Positions 14,101 to 26,690 of a stretch of DNA of 64,000 nt are shown here, one piece after another (positions within the stretch are counted from its first letter, which is position 1; each line of letters starts with the position of its first letter). The notes below the pieces were generated by a model, which was not told the origin of the DNA, did not search any database, and worked only from the letters and a program-made list of their open reading frames with translations. Origin of the DNA: Octopus sinensis (Eukaryota). The position numbers and the translations under genes were made by a program. The DNA is taken from the NCBI RefSeq assembly GCF_006345805.1, contig NW_021835989.1, positions 1 through 64,000 of the forward strand, written 5' to 3'.

Positions 14101-15721
14101 TTAAGTTGTTGTTCCCCCTAAATATAAAAAACATGTCCAAACAAGCAGCTGTCTAGTAAAATGTAGTCTATGTGAACATGCAGAGTGTTTATTCCTCAAA
14201 CTATCCAGTTCATCCCTCGACTCACTCTCATATACACTTGTTCTATTCTTCTGATCCTCCAATTCACTTTCCACTGACTTTAATTTGGTGTATAATTCAT
14301 TAATACATTCTTTGGAATTATTTAATAAATTCAGTTTATTAAATAATTCATTTTGTTGTGTTATAATGTCTTTGATTACCTAACAGTCATTACACCACAA
14401 TAACCCTCGATTCATGGACAAGACACCCCTTATCCACCATAAGGGATGATAATAAAGTATTTAATTTGCTATTTTCTGTTGTTAAATCCTCATCTCTCAC
14501 TCTAAGTTGAGAAATATTGAGTTCTCTTGTCTTCATATTGGACACATGATCAGCCAATCTGGCACTAATGTCCTTAATTGGGTCTGATTTTTATATTAAT
14601 TAATTACCAGAAATAATCTCTTTGAGTGAATTAATAATAAATTTGCAATTATCTTCCAATCTTTGCACAGTGGCGCGACATTGTTCTAAAATATGGACAG
14701 AATAGAAAACCCTTCTCCAAATGACGGGCTTTTAAATGGACTAATTTAGCCTTTAAGCCAGCCAGCCGTTGCTATTAGGATTTTTATCGAGAAATAAACT
14801 TCTGACTCGTTGACTTGAAGTTCAACTTGATCAAGTCGGTCGTTCTTTGTCACAATCTCATCTTCCTTCTCAGAAATGTCCATTCTCAGCTAAAATGAAC
14901 CAAAATTAGCACAGTTTGAGCTTGTTGTCGTTTTTGTGTCACATAAGACATTATTCCACGAAGACCTTTAGCCTCTGCTAACTTTATTAAATTAATAAAA
15001 TTAAAAAAACTTGTTCTTTTCGTAGCTTTGATATACAATCGAGGGCTTTGGAGTATTTAGCAGAAGCAAAAATGGCATCAAATCTATCTTTGAGCACTTT
15101 TCCTTCACTCAGAGGCCTATTTTAGCTATAAATAGGAATAAAACCAAGTCGTGTCCTCTTGATGACAGAATATAACATTCTCCAGGATAGATTTAGACAC
15201 ACCCAGCAGTTCAGCAATCTATATAAGGCTGACAAGTCTCCAACCTCCAGATTTAAGTCCCCACATCTTCTTGTGACATTACTTTTTGATCCGTCTGTCT
15301 CTTCTCTGGAGATTACACCGTCTAATGTCCTGCAGAGCTATTTATTTGGATTATTTATTTACTTTTCCTGTGCTTTGAAGGGATCTTTGGACTATGCAAG
15401 ATTGGTTGGTCACTGAGGATATGGAGAGGCCAATTTGTGCCTTTAATTCTTTCTCGTTACATAGCTTTGAGGTTTTTAGAAGATATTACTGAGGGTTCGT
15501 GGACAAAGGCACCTCCTTTGCTTCCAGGTGGCATATCTCCTGTCACCATGTACCGTAGACACTCGATTATAGTCTGGGAGTGGTTTAGAGGGTAGTACTG
15601 TTTTCCCTGATCCATTTGGACCGACAATTAGAGTTAGGGGTGTGTGGAACTCGATTGATTGGTATGTTTCTGGGCTAAAGCTTCGAATCCCCAATATTTT
15701 CATTTTTAAAATCATTGACAT
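11108..15721 (-). CDS. RAD50: DNA repair protein RAD50, copy A (no lesion seen in the exons traced; many micro-introns)
   Basis: [15 protein letters not shown]...[14 protein letters not shown] (Walker A), IFCHQED, zinc hook CPLC near 13250, [10 protein letters not shown] signature, [19 protein letters not shown]. Confidence 0.95.
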
Positions 15722-15745
15722 TTTTGTAACCACAAGATATAGTTT

Positions 15746-16071
15746 TTTTCGCGCACAAATTAATACTATTAATTAATAATATTAATTTATAACCTCAAAT
15801 ATATGAAATAAATAAATAAATTGTCATTGTCTCAGATATATATTAAAGTGCTCCTGCAAATAATTAAATATCGCGTTGCTAAGAAAGAATTGATTTGTCT
15901 GCTTTAATTCATTCTTTGTGCTCCTCAGCACGCCTACTGAGTGAATCATTTTTGATCATAATCAGTAATAAATATTTTAAATTTTGATAAATCTATGTTT
16001 AATTACACATTGAAATGATTGCAATAAATTCAATAATCGCACCAAAACTCTAATTAATCAATTTTCCCGCC
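15746..16071. promoter_or_regulatory. Putative E2F sites in the RAD50/Par3-like head-to-head promoter
   Basis: TTTTCGCGC at 15746-15754 (25 bp from the RAD50 ATG) and TTTTCCCGCC at 16062-16071. Confidence 0.45.
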
Positions 16072-16167
16072 ATCAATTTGAATTAAAACGTTAAATTATG
16101 CGTTATTTATGTGGTGTGTTATCTCAAAGAACAAAGGCCGATTTTTAATCAAAATTTAAGCCGAAAA

Positions 16168-17435
16168 ATGTCCAATTCGAGTAATGTAGCTAAAGTAATT
16201 TTAACTGGCCGAGACATTGCCTCTCTGGGCATATCAGTGATAGGAAATCATCATAAAAAGTATTTTAATTTATTTCAAAATAGCAATTTTGTTGGATTTA
16301 AAGTCATTAATCTCTCAAAGAACAAGACTAGTCGACAAAAAATAAAACCTGGGGATTTGATAATTAAAATTAACGGGACTGACTTGGTTGACAAACCTCC
16401 TTCCTGGTAAATCCCTCAAAAATTACTGATTAGTGCCTATAAAGTCTTTGTCGAAGAAATGGAGAACAGTCCCGTCACCTTAGTCATCCTCAGAGACAAT
16501 AAAAATACAAATAAACACTCAAAATCCTCTTTTAATTCCATAAAATGGCATCTTGTTACAATTTCCCTTAAAAAACGTGTTTTATTGATACTAAAAATTA
16601 TTTAGAGCTTTCAGGGTTTGGGTTTTTGCTTGCTTCGTGTCCTCAACTGGAGATTGGTGGTCCATATTTCAGCACTTTTGTGAAGGGGATCACCAGTCAG
16701 GAATGTACTGACTCAGGTTTGACCATCGGGGACCGTCTTGTTACTGTAAATTGTTTTTTATGGTATTTTTAGATAAATAAATGCAATGTAAGGGCAATGG
16801 AGAAGATTAATGTCTCCAATTTGCTTAAAAACCTTCCCGTTGATGTTAAAATTGACTTTACGGTAGCACGGATTAGTCCGCCTGACCAAGTCTGCTATAT
16901 TTGGACATAAAATAGACTTTTGTGGGGGAAAGATCACTTTTAGTTGCATTCGGGGAGACCCAATCTGCCGGATTAGGCATTTCTTTAAAGACATTGAACG
17001 ACAGATCTTCAGGAATATATATTGAGTCAATTTTAAGACAGGGAGCACTATGGAAGGTTTGGTAGAAGTGAAATATCTGATAAGGATGGACGGGCTTTAG
17101 AAGGGGACCGAATATTGGCTGTGAACGACACTTCTATCGAGGATTGTTTGACTGTTCATTCTGCTTTGAAAAGCTTGATTGAGGCGGTGGAGAGAAAGTC
17201 GGAATATGGGAACTTTTTTTTGTTGGTTATTGAAAGAGGGGAGAACATAAGGCCGAGTATTTAAGGATATTTAATGTTAGAGTATGTTGAGAGGCACAGT
17301 TCGACAAGCGTAGTTGGTCGGGAATGCACAGAGAAGATAAACGGGGGGATAAAGGCTAGTCATACTGAGCAGTCGATTAAGTCTTTGAGACAGTTTTTGA
17401 AGCTTCAGGAAGGATGGGTACGAGAAGGGGTTTAA
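16168..17435 (+). CDS. PARD3: Compact three-PDZ protein, Par-3/Bazooka-like, copy A
   Basis: Spliced product has SLGISV..IKPGDLIIKING; LKKQLSGFGF..LTIGDRLVTIN; ETQSAGLGISLK..GIYIESILRQGALWKDGRALEGDRILAVN (close to Par-3 PDZ3). Introns 24-29 nt. The PDZ call is secure, orthology less so. Confidence 0.6.
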
Positions 17436-17571
17436 GAATCGTCGATTATATATTTTTCGCAGAACAATATTTTTAAAATGATTATTTTAATTAGTGGCTA
17501 TGTTCTATTTAATCCAAGTGGCTATGAATTAATGTGTTGAAATAAGAGTGGATACTTTTGTCAAAATAATA

Positions 17572-18658
17572 TGTCGCACCCCACGCTGGGGACCATACCA
17601 CGCCGGCGACCAGTGTGACCTACATAGTTGACAGCGTGACCTACATGGTTTGACATTCAATTAAAAACGAAAATAATTTATTATAAAAAGGGTTTAGCGT
17701 CATTTTAATTAGAAAAATGGTAATTTCCAAAAGATGTTGTATTAGTATAGTCTCAATCCTTAGGTTACGTGAAAAATGACAGTGAATACCAAAATATTGT
17801 AAATGCACTACTCCAAATACCCAATTTATGATAATTGATGATCGGTATATTGATATTCCTAATTCATAGTCTCTAATTAAAAGACGATAATAATCAAAAA
17901 CACAAATTGGTTATCTGTTTGGAGAATGAAATGGAGATGAAGACACTGGCATTCGCTATTCACCAAGAATGCCACTGGGGAATACTAAAGCTTCATAAGA
18001 ATGCTGTGAATTTTATTTTATTGTGAAACGCCCTATTATCGACAAATTATAAAAGACTGCGAAATTTGTAAATTTGCTGCGCCGTTAAAAGTATTTTTCA
18101 TTAAATTTAACACTGTGATTCATGAAATACTAGGTTATAATCTTATTTATAGTTTAGATGAAAATATTGAGGCATCGTTTGTCCAAGATGAACTTAATGG
18201 TAAATTTACGATGTATTTATTTTTAGAAACGAATAATAAAATTTTTAATTTCACTCCTCCAGACATGAATTCATCTTATTTTAAAAGAATGAATAAAAAG
18301 ATGGGAGTACACAGGTCAAAATATGATTTTGAAATAGGGAATGAGGTATAATTGAATAATAACAGTTTAGGTTCGAATCTTAAAAGATTGTGGGACAAAT
18401 CCGTTATTGAATCCCCATATGAAGAAAAGGGAAAAGTAAAAAATATAATGTCTAATAACAGATTAATTGTTAGTTGTCTTTCCTAACATTCAGATCGAAT
18501 TACGAAATGAAACCAAGATAGTTACTATGAATAGAGTTAAAAAATGTTAAGGTTTTTGAATATTTAGCAATTATCTTGAGTCAGTACTTAGTGTCAAACT
18601 ATGTGGGTCACCCTGTCAACTATGTAGGTCACCTTGGTCGCCAGCGTAGTTCGCGACA
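17572..18658 (+). mobile_element. Internally deleted Ginger2/TDD-like DNA transposon (integrase-type transposase with micro-introns), copy A
   Basis: TGTCGC...GCGACA ends with long imperfect TIRs (gtgacctacatagttgacag / ctgtcaactatgtaggtcac). 5-bp TSD TAATA confirmed by the empty site at ~41540. HQECH...CEIC zinc-finger motif; DDE core missing. Confidence 0.85.
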
Positions 18659-18928
18659 TAATAGAACATAAAAAACCTCTGGAAATAATTTATAACAAAT
18701 TTGGCACTGAAGAAGACTTTAGAGAATATACAGAAAAAGGATGAACGAACTCAGGCTGTGGGATGTAAATTCCGGAAACCTTAACATAATGCTTAATTGT
18801 TTTTATTTCATAAAAATTTATTTTAAATTTCGGACTAGAAACAATCTCTATAGTCACACTAATTATTGATGGCCACCTATCAAAAATGGATTAATAACGA
18901 TATATTTTTGAGTGAATTGATACTCAAT

Positions 18929-19087
18929 TTGACATTACTCATTTATTTATTGAACCAGAAAACCACCGTCATAGCCAAAAGAAAAAAGAATTCAGGTGAT
19001 CCCAGCCTCCCTCAGCAGTTCGCGCAGCCTCTCCCGATGTTCCGCCGTTGTCCCGACGCATTTTCGGTACGGACGGGGATTTTCAGG
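18929..19087 (-). mobile_element. Short 3' end of a non-LTR element with 13-bp TSD (also at 37784-37942)
   Basis: Flanked by attgatactcaat direct repeats. Encodes ...RERLRELLREAGIT* followed by an AATAAATAAA tail. Absent from the third copy (~41805). Confidence 0.7.
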
Positions 19088-19821
19088 ATTGATACTCAAT
19101 AAAATGTGACTATTAAAAATGAATAATGATTACAAACATTTATTCAAATTTTAAAGCTATTTTTGATGGTTTTTGGGATTTAGACATAAACAAAATAACA
19201 CGAGGGATATCCGCTGAAAAAGTCAGCTCGTTTTGCGACTGTCGCGACTCCTCAATATGATTAAACCAATCTCTGAAATTAGAAAATCACTTCTATTTAC
19301 AAAAAACTACAAATTTATATTAATATTTTTTAAATGAACTTTAAAGAAATCAAACGCCAACGTTACTTTTTATCATACATAACTCTAACGTTTCCCAAAC
19401 TTTAATTTTAAAAACCAATCAGATTTAAAATTTGCATTGATAACAAAAAATGTAAATCAAATGTCAATTAAGCTTTTTCAGCCTCGAAATATGTACGAAA
19501 AAATGCTCGGATAACGTCCAAATTGATCACGTGACCCAATTGTTGAAGAAATCTATCTTTTACTGGATTGATTGAATCTGTTTTTTTAAAAAATAAAATT
19601 CAAACCTTTAAACTTGACCCTGAATCGAGGGAGCCGAAAACATGTTTTATCGAATAATTCATGCATGGCGGTATAATTAAATTCCTTTCCATTGTTCCTT
19701 AGTGGAATTGACACTTAATGGAATAGATTTATCTCGAAAAAATATGAATCGAATGTAATATCCAAAAATCGTGGTCCATTGAATAGACAGTGACGTTAAG
19801 TATTAAAAAATTCATTTTATT

Positions 19822-20003
19822 TGGGCCCGTCAGCGACTGCTCCGCCAAAAACGGCCTGCCGCCCTGTGCGATCTTGTGTGGGCTCGTGGAAAGGCCACCG
19901 AGCGAGGATGAGGTCCCTGGTTGAGTGTATCGGGATCACGTGACATTTGTTCGGTTTTTAGCGTGGTCTTGGTGTTTTAATAAATAAATAAATAAAATAA
20001 ATA
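19822..20003 (+). mobile_element. GC-rich retroposed insertion with (TAAA)n tail just upstream of TAF9 (also at 38677-38858)
   Basis: Present in copies A and B, absent in copy C (~44740). Ends in taaataaataaataaaataaataaaa. Confidence 0.65.
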
Positions 20004-20024
20004 AAAATATAATATTCAAATAAA

Positions 20025-20511
20025 ATGTCCGAGTACCCAGGGTATGTTGTTGTTACAATATTAAAAGTAACCAAGAAAAATCAAAATTCTACGAAATGAT
20101 AGATCAGCTGATTAAAGAAGAGGGAATAGAACGTTATGAAGACTCAATTCCCAACTGTCTTCTCGAATTCGCTTATTGTTTGCCTCCCCACTTAATTCAT
20201 AGCCTACACCTGTAATATTCTCGAAGAGGCTCGTGCTGTGTCCCACTATGCTGGGAAGAAGTGCATTGATGTGGAAGATGTACGATTGGGGATCACTCTG
20301 AAGAAGGAGGCTGCAGGGAAGGATGTCCCCAGTCGGGAGGTCAGGACTATGTTCTACTAAAACATAGTCACTGGATGAATTGGCTCGCCGAGTCAATTCT
20401 GTCCCCTTACCTCCAATCAGGAGTAATTCGACTCTTCCTCCTGACAAACTGTGCGTTGTGGCTGTCAATTATAAATTGACTGGCGATTCCAATAATCAGA
20501 CTTTTTTGTAG
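20025..20511 (+). CDS. TAF9: TFIID subunit TAF9, copy A (3 micro-introns)
   Basis: Spliced: LIKEEGIERYEDSIPNCLLEFAYSYTCNILEEARAVSHYAGKKCIDVEDVRLGI...PSRESLDELARRVNSVPLPPI...LPPDKLCVVAVNYKL. Confidence 0.92.
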
Positions 20512-20635
20512 ATCTTTATTATTAAAAAATATTATTTGTTTTATAAATATCTCACCATATTTTTCAAAATTGGATTTTTTCTTTAAAAATGATGTTTTGG
20601 ACTACACAACTAAGACATAATAAAAGCCAATTAAA

Positions 20636-21735
20636 TTAAATGATGGTTTTGACTCTCTTGGCCTCTGAATTCCAATAACTGGCTCGAATACGGTCATTCA
20701 AAGCCAATTTCGTGTATAACTACAAAATAACACGTCCATTCGTCACCTCCACTGCCTCATCCACATTTTTCTGAGGGTCAATCCCTGCAATAGCCAATTC
20801 CTCAGCACAGTCAGCCAGACATGACCACAAATAAAAGCACGTCCCGATATCTAGTCCTCTAAGGGTCTCAACTAGTCTTAAATTGTGAGAATATCCTCCA
20901 ATCAGTTTTACAATTCTAAAAACATAAATCAAATAAATAACCCGGTTAAATAATTCCACGGACTTTCATTGTCAGGAATAATCCCAATATATTTTAGACA
21001 AAAACTAAAAGTATTACAAAATAATAATTCAACTCAATTTCTGACTCAGTTTTGGCGGGAAATTGAATAGTTTTGGCGGGAAAAAATAGTTGAAATCTGT
21101 GATTCCAAGCGGAATTATTATGTGGGTCAGATTCGATCAATTTGTTGGTGAATTGGACTTCTTTGATGTTATCCGCGGACATTAAATCATTTCGTTTAAG
21201 CAGCCACAAACTATCAATTCATAAAAACACAAAACCGGTATTGCCATGCATGTAGATTTCTCGAATCTTTTAAAAATACAATTTCGCAAAATTCAAGTTC
21301 CCGCCAAAATATTGAATCGTCCTGTTGGACAAGCCATTGCCTGTGGTACCAGCTTTGGTAGTTTTTGGTATTTCCTGGGAGCATAACAGAAGTTACAAAA
21401 TCTCTTTCTACAAGCAGATCTGATTTTAGTGCAATTAATACTCTTCTACGATAATTCCTGTGGATTTTATAATCTGGTTGTACCAAGCTGTGTAATTGGC
21501 GATATTCAGGCAGAGGAGATCCCCTGTGAGTTCTAAGGCTCTCGAGCTCATTTCGCCCTTGAGTGAGATGGCTCGGAAATAGCCCATTAGATCACGAACT
21601 GGGGTACATTTAGGTAATAAAACATTCAGGAGTGAAGTCTATTTGAAGAAAGTCAGTGTCTTTGGGTAGTGGGATGGGTTCTATGTCATCCCACTCGGGT
21701 CTTTTATTGTAAAAAATGTATTCGTCGTTGGTCAT
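20636..21735 (-). CDS. FNTA: Farnesyl/geranylgeranyltransferase-I alpha subunit, copy A
   Basis: FYNKRPEWDDIEPIP N-terminus; PPTA repeats KNYQSWYHRQW, SRNLHAWQYR, PHNNSAWNHRF; C-terminal DRIRASYW. Confidence 0.9.
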
Positions 21736-21861
21736 GCCACCTCAGATTGATAAAATTTACTTTTTGAATTAAATAAAAATTATGTCTTATATAATAAGTT
21801 AATTATTCATTAATTTCTTAATTTATTTCAACTGACCTTTTATGAAACAATTTTTTTATTT

Positions 21862-22290
21862 AAAAATAATGTCATTACCGTCTTGCCTATTTGCTTTCTG
21901 GGCACAACACGATGCCGGTGCGGGGGAATGGGATTTCCACCAAAACTGGAACACATTGGGCTGGACCGAGGAGATGACATAAGGCCCGATGGAACAACTC
22001 TTTTCCCGTATTTATGGGGAAAATCACTCGCACGGGATGCGACGTGTGTAGACACGTTATCTAATTACGTGATTCTCCGGAATATTGATTCTCCCGGTTG
22101 GGGTGCTAATGCAGCAGAAAAAGTCAAGATATCTAAATATTTGGAGATTGGAAAACGTTTCCGTTTTGTTTCAATCTCGATAGAGACGTCGGACATAGTG
22201 CGTCCAAAACTGCGGAATTTCTTTAAAAAATTGGAGCGATTCTGGCTAAACAACTTTTTTATTCCGAAAAAAATAATGCCATTATGAAAA
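21862..22290 (+). mobile_element. CRE-like REL retroelement fragment (derivatives at ~40720-40915 and ~46640-47030)
   Basis: GLDRGDDIRPDGTT...DATCVDT...AAEKVKISKY...ETS. Confidence 0.8.
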
Positions 22291-23084
22291 TTGTTTAAAA
22301 AAAAGTTTGAAAAAACGCTTACTGACATGATTTGATTAGTGGACTTAATCCGGAATATTGTCGATTTGTCCACACGAATCACTATTTCACACTAAAACTT
22401 ATTATAACAATTATTTTACAAAAGTAATTGTAGGTTGAAAACACCGCATAATCGACTTAATTTTACAAATATTCGCTTTTGCGAAATGATATTTGAATTC
22501 ATTCTTGAAAATTATTTCGATCGGAGACGGCAACTCTCAAAGCTTGTAAAAGTCTTAATTTAAAGCGTAAATAGCTTGGATATAGTCAAGATTAATATTA
22601 AAAATTTAATTAAACCCGGTTTACAGCGCGATCCTCAGTTGTTGTGAAAGTAAAGAATTTAAAACTTTAACGTTTTTAAAACTATCATGAAAACTTTTTT
22701 TATTAAAAAAATTTTAGAGATAAAAAATAAGTTTTCTTTTTTTTGATGGTAACTTGAGATGGTATTGTAAGCAACTTTTACAAGTACTATCAGAATAGAT
22801 TTGAAATAGATAATAAAGCCTATATTCGTAGTACTGTGATAAGGAAAATTCTGGAAAGTATGAGAATTGAATACAGGAACTTGTGAATTGACACAAATAA
22901 CTGTCAACAGTTGAAATCAACAATTTTACTATCGTAAAAAATGCTTTAAAAGAAGACAATACAAGAAAAATAATGTGAAATTAACAAGTAGGCAAAAAAG
23001 ACTCTCCATTTAAAATCGATGCAAGATCTTTTTACAAAAAGAGATCTTTTCTTCTTTTTATAATTGTTTTTTAATTTCAGATTA

Positions 23085-23600
23085 GACAACTATCTTGAAA
23101 ATTTTTTTTGCCACACTACTTTTATAATAGGACAAGAGAAAAATGGTCATTGGCAGATAGCCAGAGTATTGCCTCTGACTATGGCTATAGATATTCTTTC
23201 GATTAAATACCGGTGCTCACACGGGTCGCCGGTAACCCTTTCGATTAATGAGGCAATGTGCTGGAGTAGGGTCCGAGTAGAAGGCTCCTGTATTCCTGAC
23301 GTCTCAACAGCCAGGGGGACAAACACTCTGCTATTCCCAATTCCAGCGTATTTCTCACTCTTTCTCTTCTCAGTCCGTTCAAACGGGGCTCCCGGATTTT
23401 CGATACACAACTTGATATTCTGATTGGAAAAGGAGTTTACGCACGTGACGTCCCAAACCAGACACTTTCCCCTCTGAAATGGAAATGTGGTCATCTCATC
23501 GGGTCTTCTGCCGTCCTCTACGAAAATCCCTGCAAGTTCCAATTGTGTGTGGAATGCAGCAGTTCGGAGAGATCGACAGATGATCTGGTTAATATACGTT
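23085..23600 (-). mobile_element. CRE-like REL retroelement 3' fragment (duplicate at ~47820-48335)
   Basis: EDGRRPDEMTTFPFQRGKCLVWDVTCV...KY...PLAVETSG...ERISIAIVRGN. T-run on + near 23102 corresponds to a poly-A tail. Confidence 0.85.
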
Positions 23601-23939
23601 GTGAATTATTCATATAAATAAAATCATCGCATTATTTAGACAAGTTAAATTATACAATGACAAAGATAAACAAAATAAAACTTCTTAAATGAAAAATTCC
23701 GAGTCATATATCATTTGGAAAGGCGATGAAGAAACTTCAGAATGATTAAAAAAATCAGGCCTTCAACTTGATCCCAAAAATGAAATTACAATGGCAGTCT
23801 TGCAACAGCTGCTAAAAAATAAATCATTTTTGATTTTTTCACTTTTTCTAGTTTTTTTGTTTTTTCTTTCAAATCAAATTGGTAAATAATGTTAAAATTT
23901 TGTTTGAAGAAAGGTAATAATGTCTTAATCAGAGTTGGC

Positions 23940-24480
23940 TATTTAAAGGCCATCTTTGGAGCTATTCTTTGTGTATTCAGCTCAGAGCCTCAGTAGCCAG
24001 TAACTTTCTGCGGAAAATGTCTTTGCTATCTTTGTCAGAGAGCATGTTTCTTCACATTCCTAAAGTTTCGCCAACTCTAGCGTCCTTGCGTTTTTTCTGA
24101 GTGAATTCGGTTTTAAAAATGTTGATTATGAGGAACCATTTATTAAGTGCTTTCGGAAAATTGTTTAAAAGATCGATTAAATCATCTTTGTTATCAAAAG
24201 TTAAGTCAAAATCGTCATCGTAGAAAATTCTCAAATCTTTCAAAGTGGCTTCCAGGTAGATGACAAACAGCAGAGAGAGTCTTTTTGGGATGTGCCGACA
24301 TTCGTTCCGAACCGCCTTGAAAAAGACGATCCAACATAAAAAAGATAATTCCATTTTAGCTAGCTGTACTTGTATCATTCTCGTTTCCCATTTATCCAGA
24401 AATCTTTGTAGCAATCCGATGAGTGTCTTGGCTAGCACCTAGTAAAAGGAATCAAATTCGTCAGAACTCTTGGCAATCCT
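23940..24480 (-). mobile_element. Degenerate RTE-like LINE RT fragment (duplicate at ~48680-49215)
   Basis: LSLLFVIYLEATLKDL...FYDDDFD (decayed YADD)...WFLIINIFKTEF. Similar in type to the 60540-61150 element. Confidence 0.65.
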
Positions 24481-26416
24481 GCCTCTTGATTTTTAGTAAA
24501 CGATGTTTGATTTTTAGTAAAAACTGTTTGGCAATTAAATAAAACAGCTATAAATTAACCTCAGGGTTAATTTGCGTAGACAAGTCCAGTTTTCATAAAT
24601 ATCTTATTTCAAAAAAACTGAATCGAGCTTTTATTTACAGAAAAAATTAGAATTATAAATTCACTTTTATAGGATAATTACGTCATGATTTGAGGAAATA
24701 CGTTTCTCTTCAACGGTTGACTATTTCGTTAAGCATATTGGGGCAATCTACAATTTCCATGACCGCCTACTTGAAAGAATTGATATCCATTAATTAAAAA
24801 TGTTTTTGATAAAAGGCGACTATAATTGCGGCGGTGACCAGTCCGGATTGTCTGACTATGAACAAAACCATAATATTCTGTTTTGTTCAAAAATTTTTAA
24901 TCTATAAGGTGTTGTTTTGAATCCATTAATTAGGTTCTTAACTGTAAAATATCTGATCTACAAATTATTTTCTACTCATTGATTATTTGATTAAGACGAA
25001 ATTTAATCTTCCTAAGATATGCAGCAATTATGTGGGCTAAACAAAAAAAACAACCCATATGCGAACAATCACAGAATTCGGGCACAGTGAATATGCAATA
25101 AAGATACTGTAGTAAATTAAAAAATTACTTCGTAACTTGCAGATTGCGTCTTATCTACATTCCATTGAAGCTGTATTTGTTGTTGGAAAATTATATGTTT
25201 AATCTAACATTTTCAACACGTCTCTCAAAAAAATGATTTTTGAAAAAGAAAATTTTATTTAACAGTTTGAATTATTTAAGTTATGGTTTTTAAAAGTGGT
25301 ATAAACCTACTTTTTTTTCTCTATAGAAATTCAAAACTCAAGACTCTGTTCATTTATAAATAATTCATGTTAAGCTGAAATCAACTTTTAGATCAATTAA
25401 GAGAATTTTCTTTTAATTTTTAATTGGTTTATTTTTAATGGGTATCTAAAGTCTAACTGCGTTTGAACCCTAGATGGAACAAGTAATGTATTTTTATGAA
25501 ATAGGCATGCCACGATGCACTGAAAAATACTATCAAACCAGGGGGGAAATGAAAAAGATTAAAAATGATAAAAACTACATATAGAGTGGTAATTCTGTTT
25601 TCCAAATAAAAGATTTTAACACAAATTCAGCACGCCCCACAGTGCCGCTATACGACGAGGTAAATACGAAAATATATAAAGTTGTTTATAATAATTGGGA
25701 TAACTATAAAGTTGAAAATGAGGAGTGGAATTTGTCAAAAAACATTTTTTATTATCAAACAAATTATAAAAACTTTCTTTTGTCATTTAAATGATTAGGG
25801 TTTAGAGTTAATCCATTCCTAGGGAATAAAATTAAAAGAATTTCTAGCTGACAAAGACAATTTCAATAATAGGTTGTTTGCTACCTATAACTTGTCATAA
25901 AAATCAATAAATTAAAAAATAAATTCTAGTCGAGATAGTACTTAAAGAATATCATTTAGGTCTAATATTATTTTAACCTATTTAATTACTATTGTAAATA
26001 AAAAATTTCTGTAAATGTAAAAGTTGCTAAAAATCGGCTTATTTTTGTATTGAAATACACAAAAATATATTGTTTTCCTAAAATTATCTTTTGATTGATA
26101 ATTAGATAAATTTTAATTTTTATATTGATTTTAATATTGTGGAATAGGTTACTTTGCGCTTTAATTAAATGATTTAATATAAAAATGAACCACGAATCAA
26201 TCAATTTCCTTAATTTCATGTAATTAAAACTACATGAAAAACGTTTGTTTCTAAAGTGATGGAATCTATTTATAATTTCTGCATAAATAGTTTCGATCCC
26301 AACACAATTTTGACAATTTGTACGATCAACCGAAATTGGTGGTTATTTCAACTTGTCGCAGATAATTTAAATCACTAAATAGTCACATAAATACCAAAAA
26401 ATGGCAGCTCTGCATA

Positions 26417-26690
26417 CCAGCATCCAAAGCCACAGCGCTCAAGCGCATATAATCGTGAAATATTGATTTAACGGCGAATACGCTACTTTCTCGTTGATAT
26501 ATGAATACATTATATTACAGAGATACATACGCTGTTTGGTAGTTTGTTTATCCTTGTTTGTATGTACACAATGGGTTATGGGTTTATGTTAGTTAGTCTA
26601 CGCGGATGCATTGTGTTTGAGTGAGGGATTATAATTGCTATATATGACGATATGTTGTATTAATATATAATGGCTACGCTTTGGTGCTGG
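26417..26690 (+). ncRNA. Candidate structured RNA or 5'-UTR structure (copies at 51154-51427 and 56554-56827)
   Basis: Nested complementary arms: ccagcatccaaagc/gctttggtgctgg, ttaacg/cgttga, tacatacg/tgtatgta, acacaatg/cattgtgt. No family recognised. Confidence 0.35.

Noticed and set aside
20112-20468. 118-aa minus-strand ORF repeated three times
   Set aside because: Antisense shadow of the spliced TAF9 gene.
25989-26219. I/K/N/F-rich 76-aa ORF (three copies) and similar ORFs at 22659-22959
   Set aside because: Chance ORFs in AT-rich DNA; they recur only because of the duplication.
26512-26530. ACAGAGA as a U6 snRNA box
   Set aside because: Flanks do not match U6 (no AGATTAGC).
26417-26690. 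RNase P/MRP, SRP or telomerase RNA identity for the structured element
   Set aside because: No convincing CR-I motif, SRP helix-8 motif or CUAACCCU template, so it is left unassigned.
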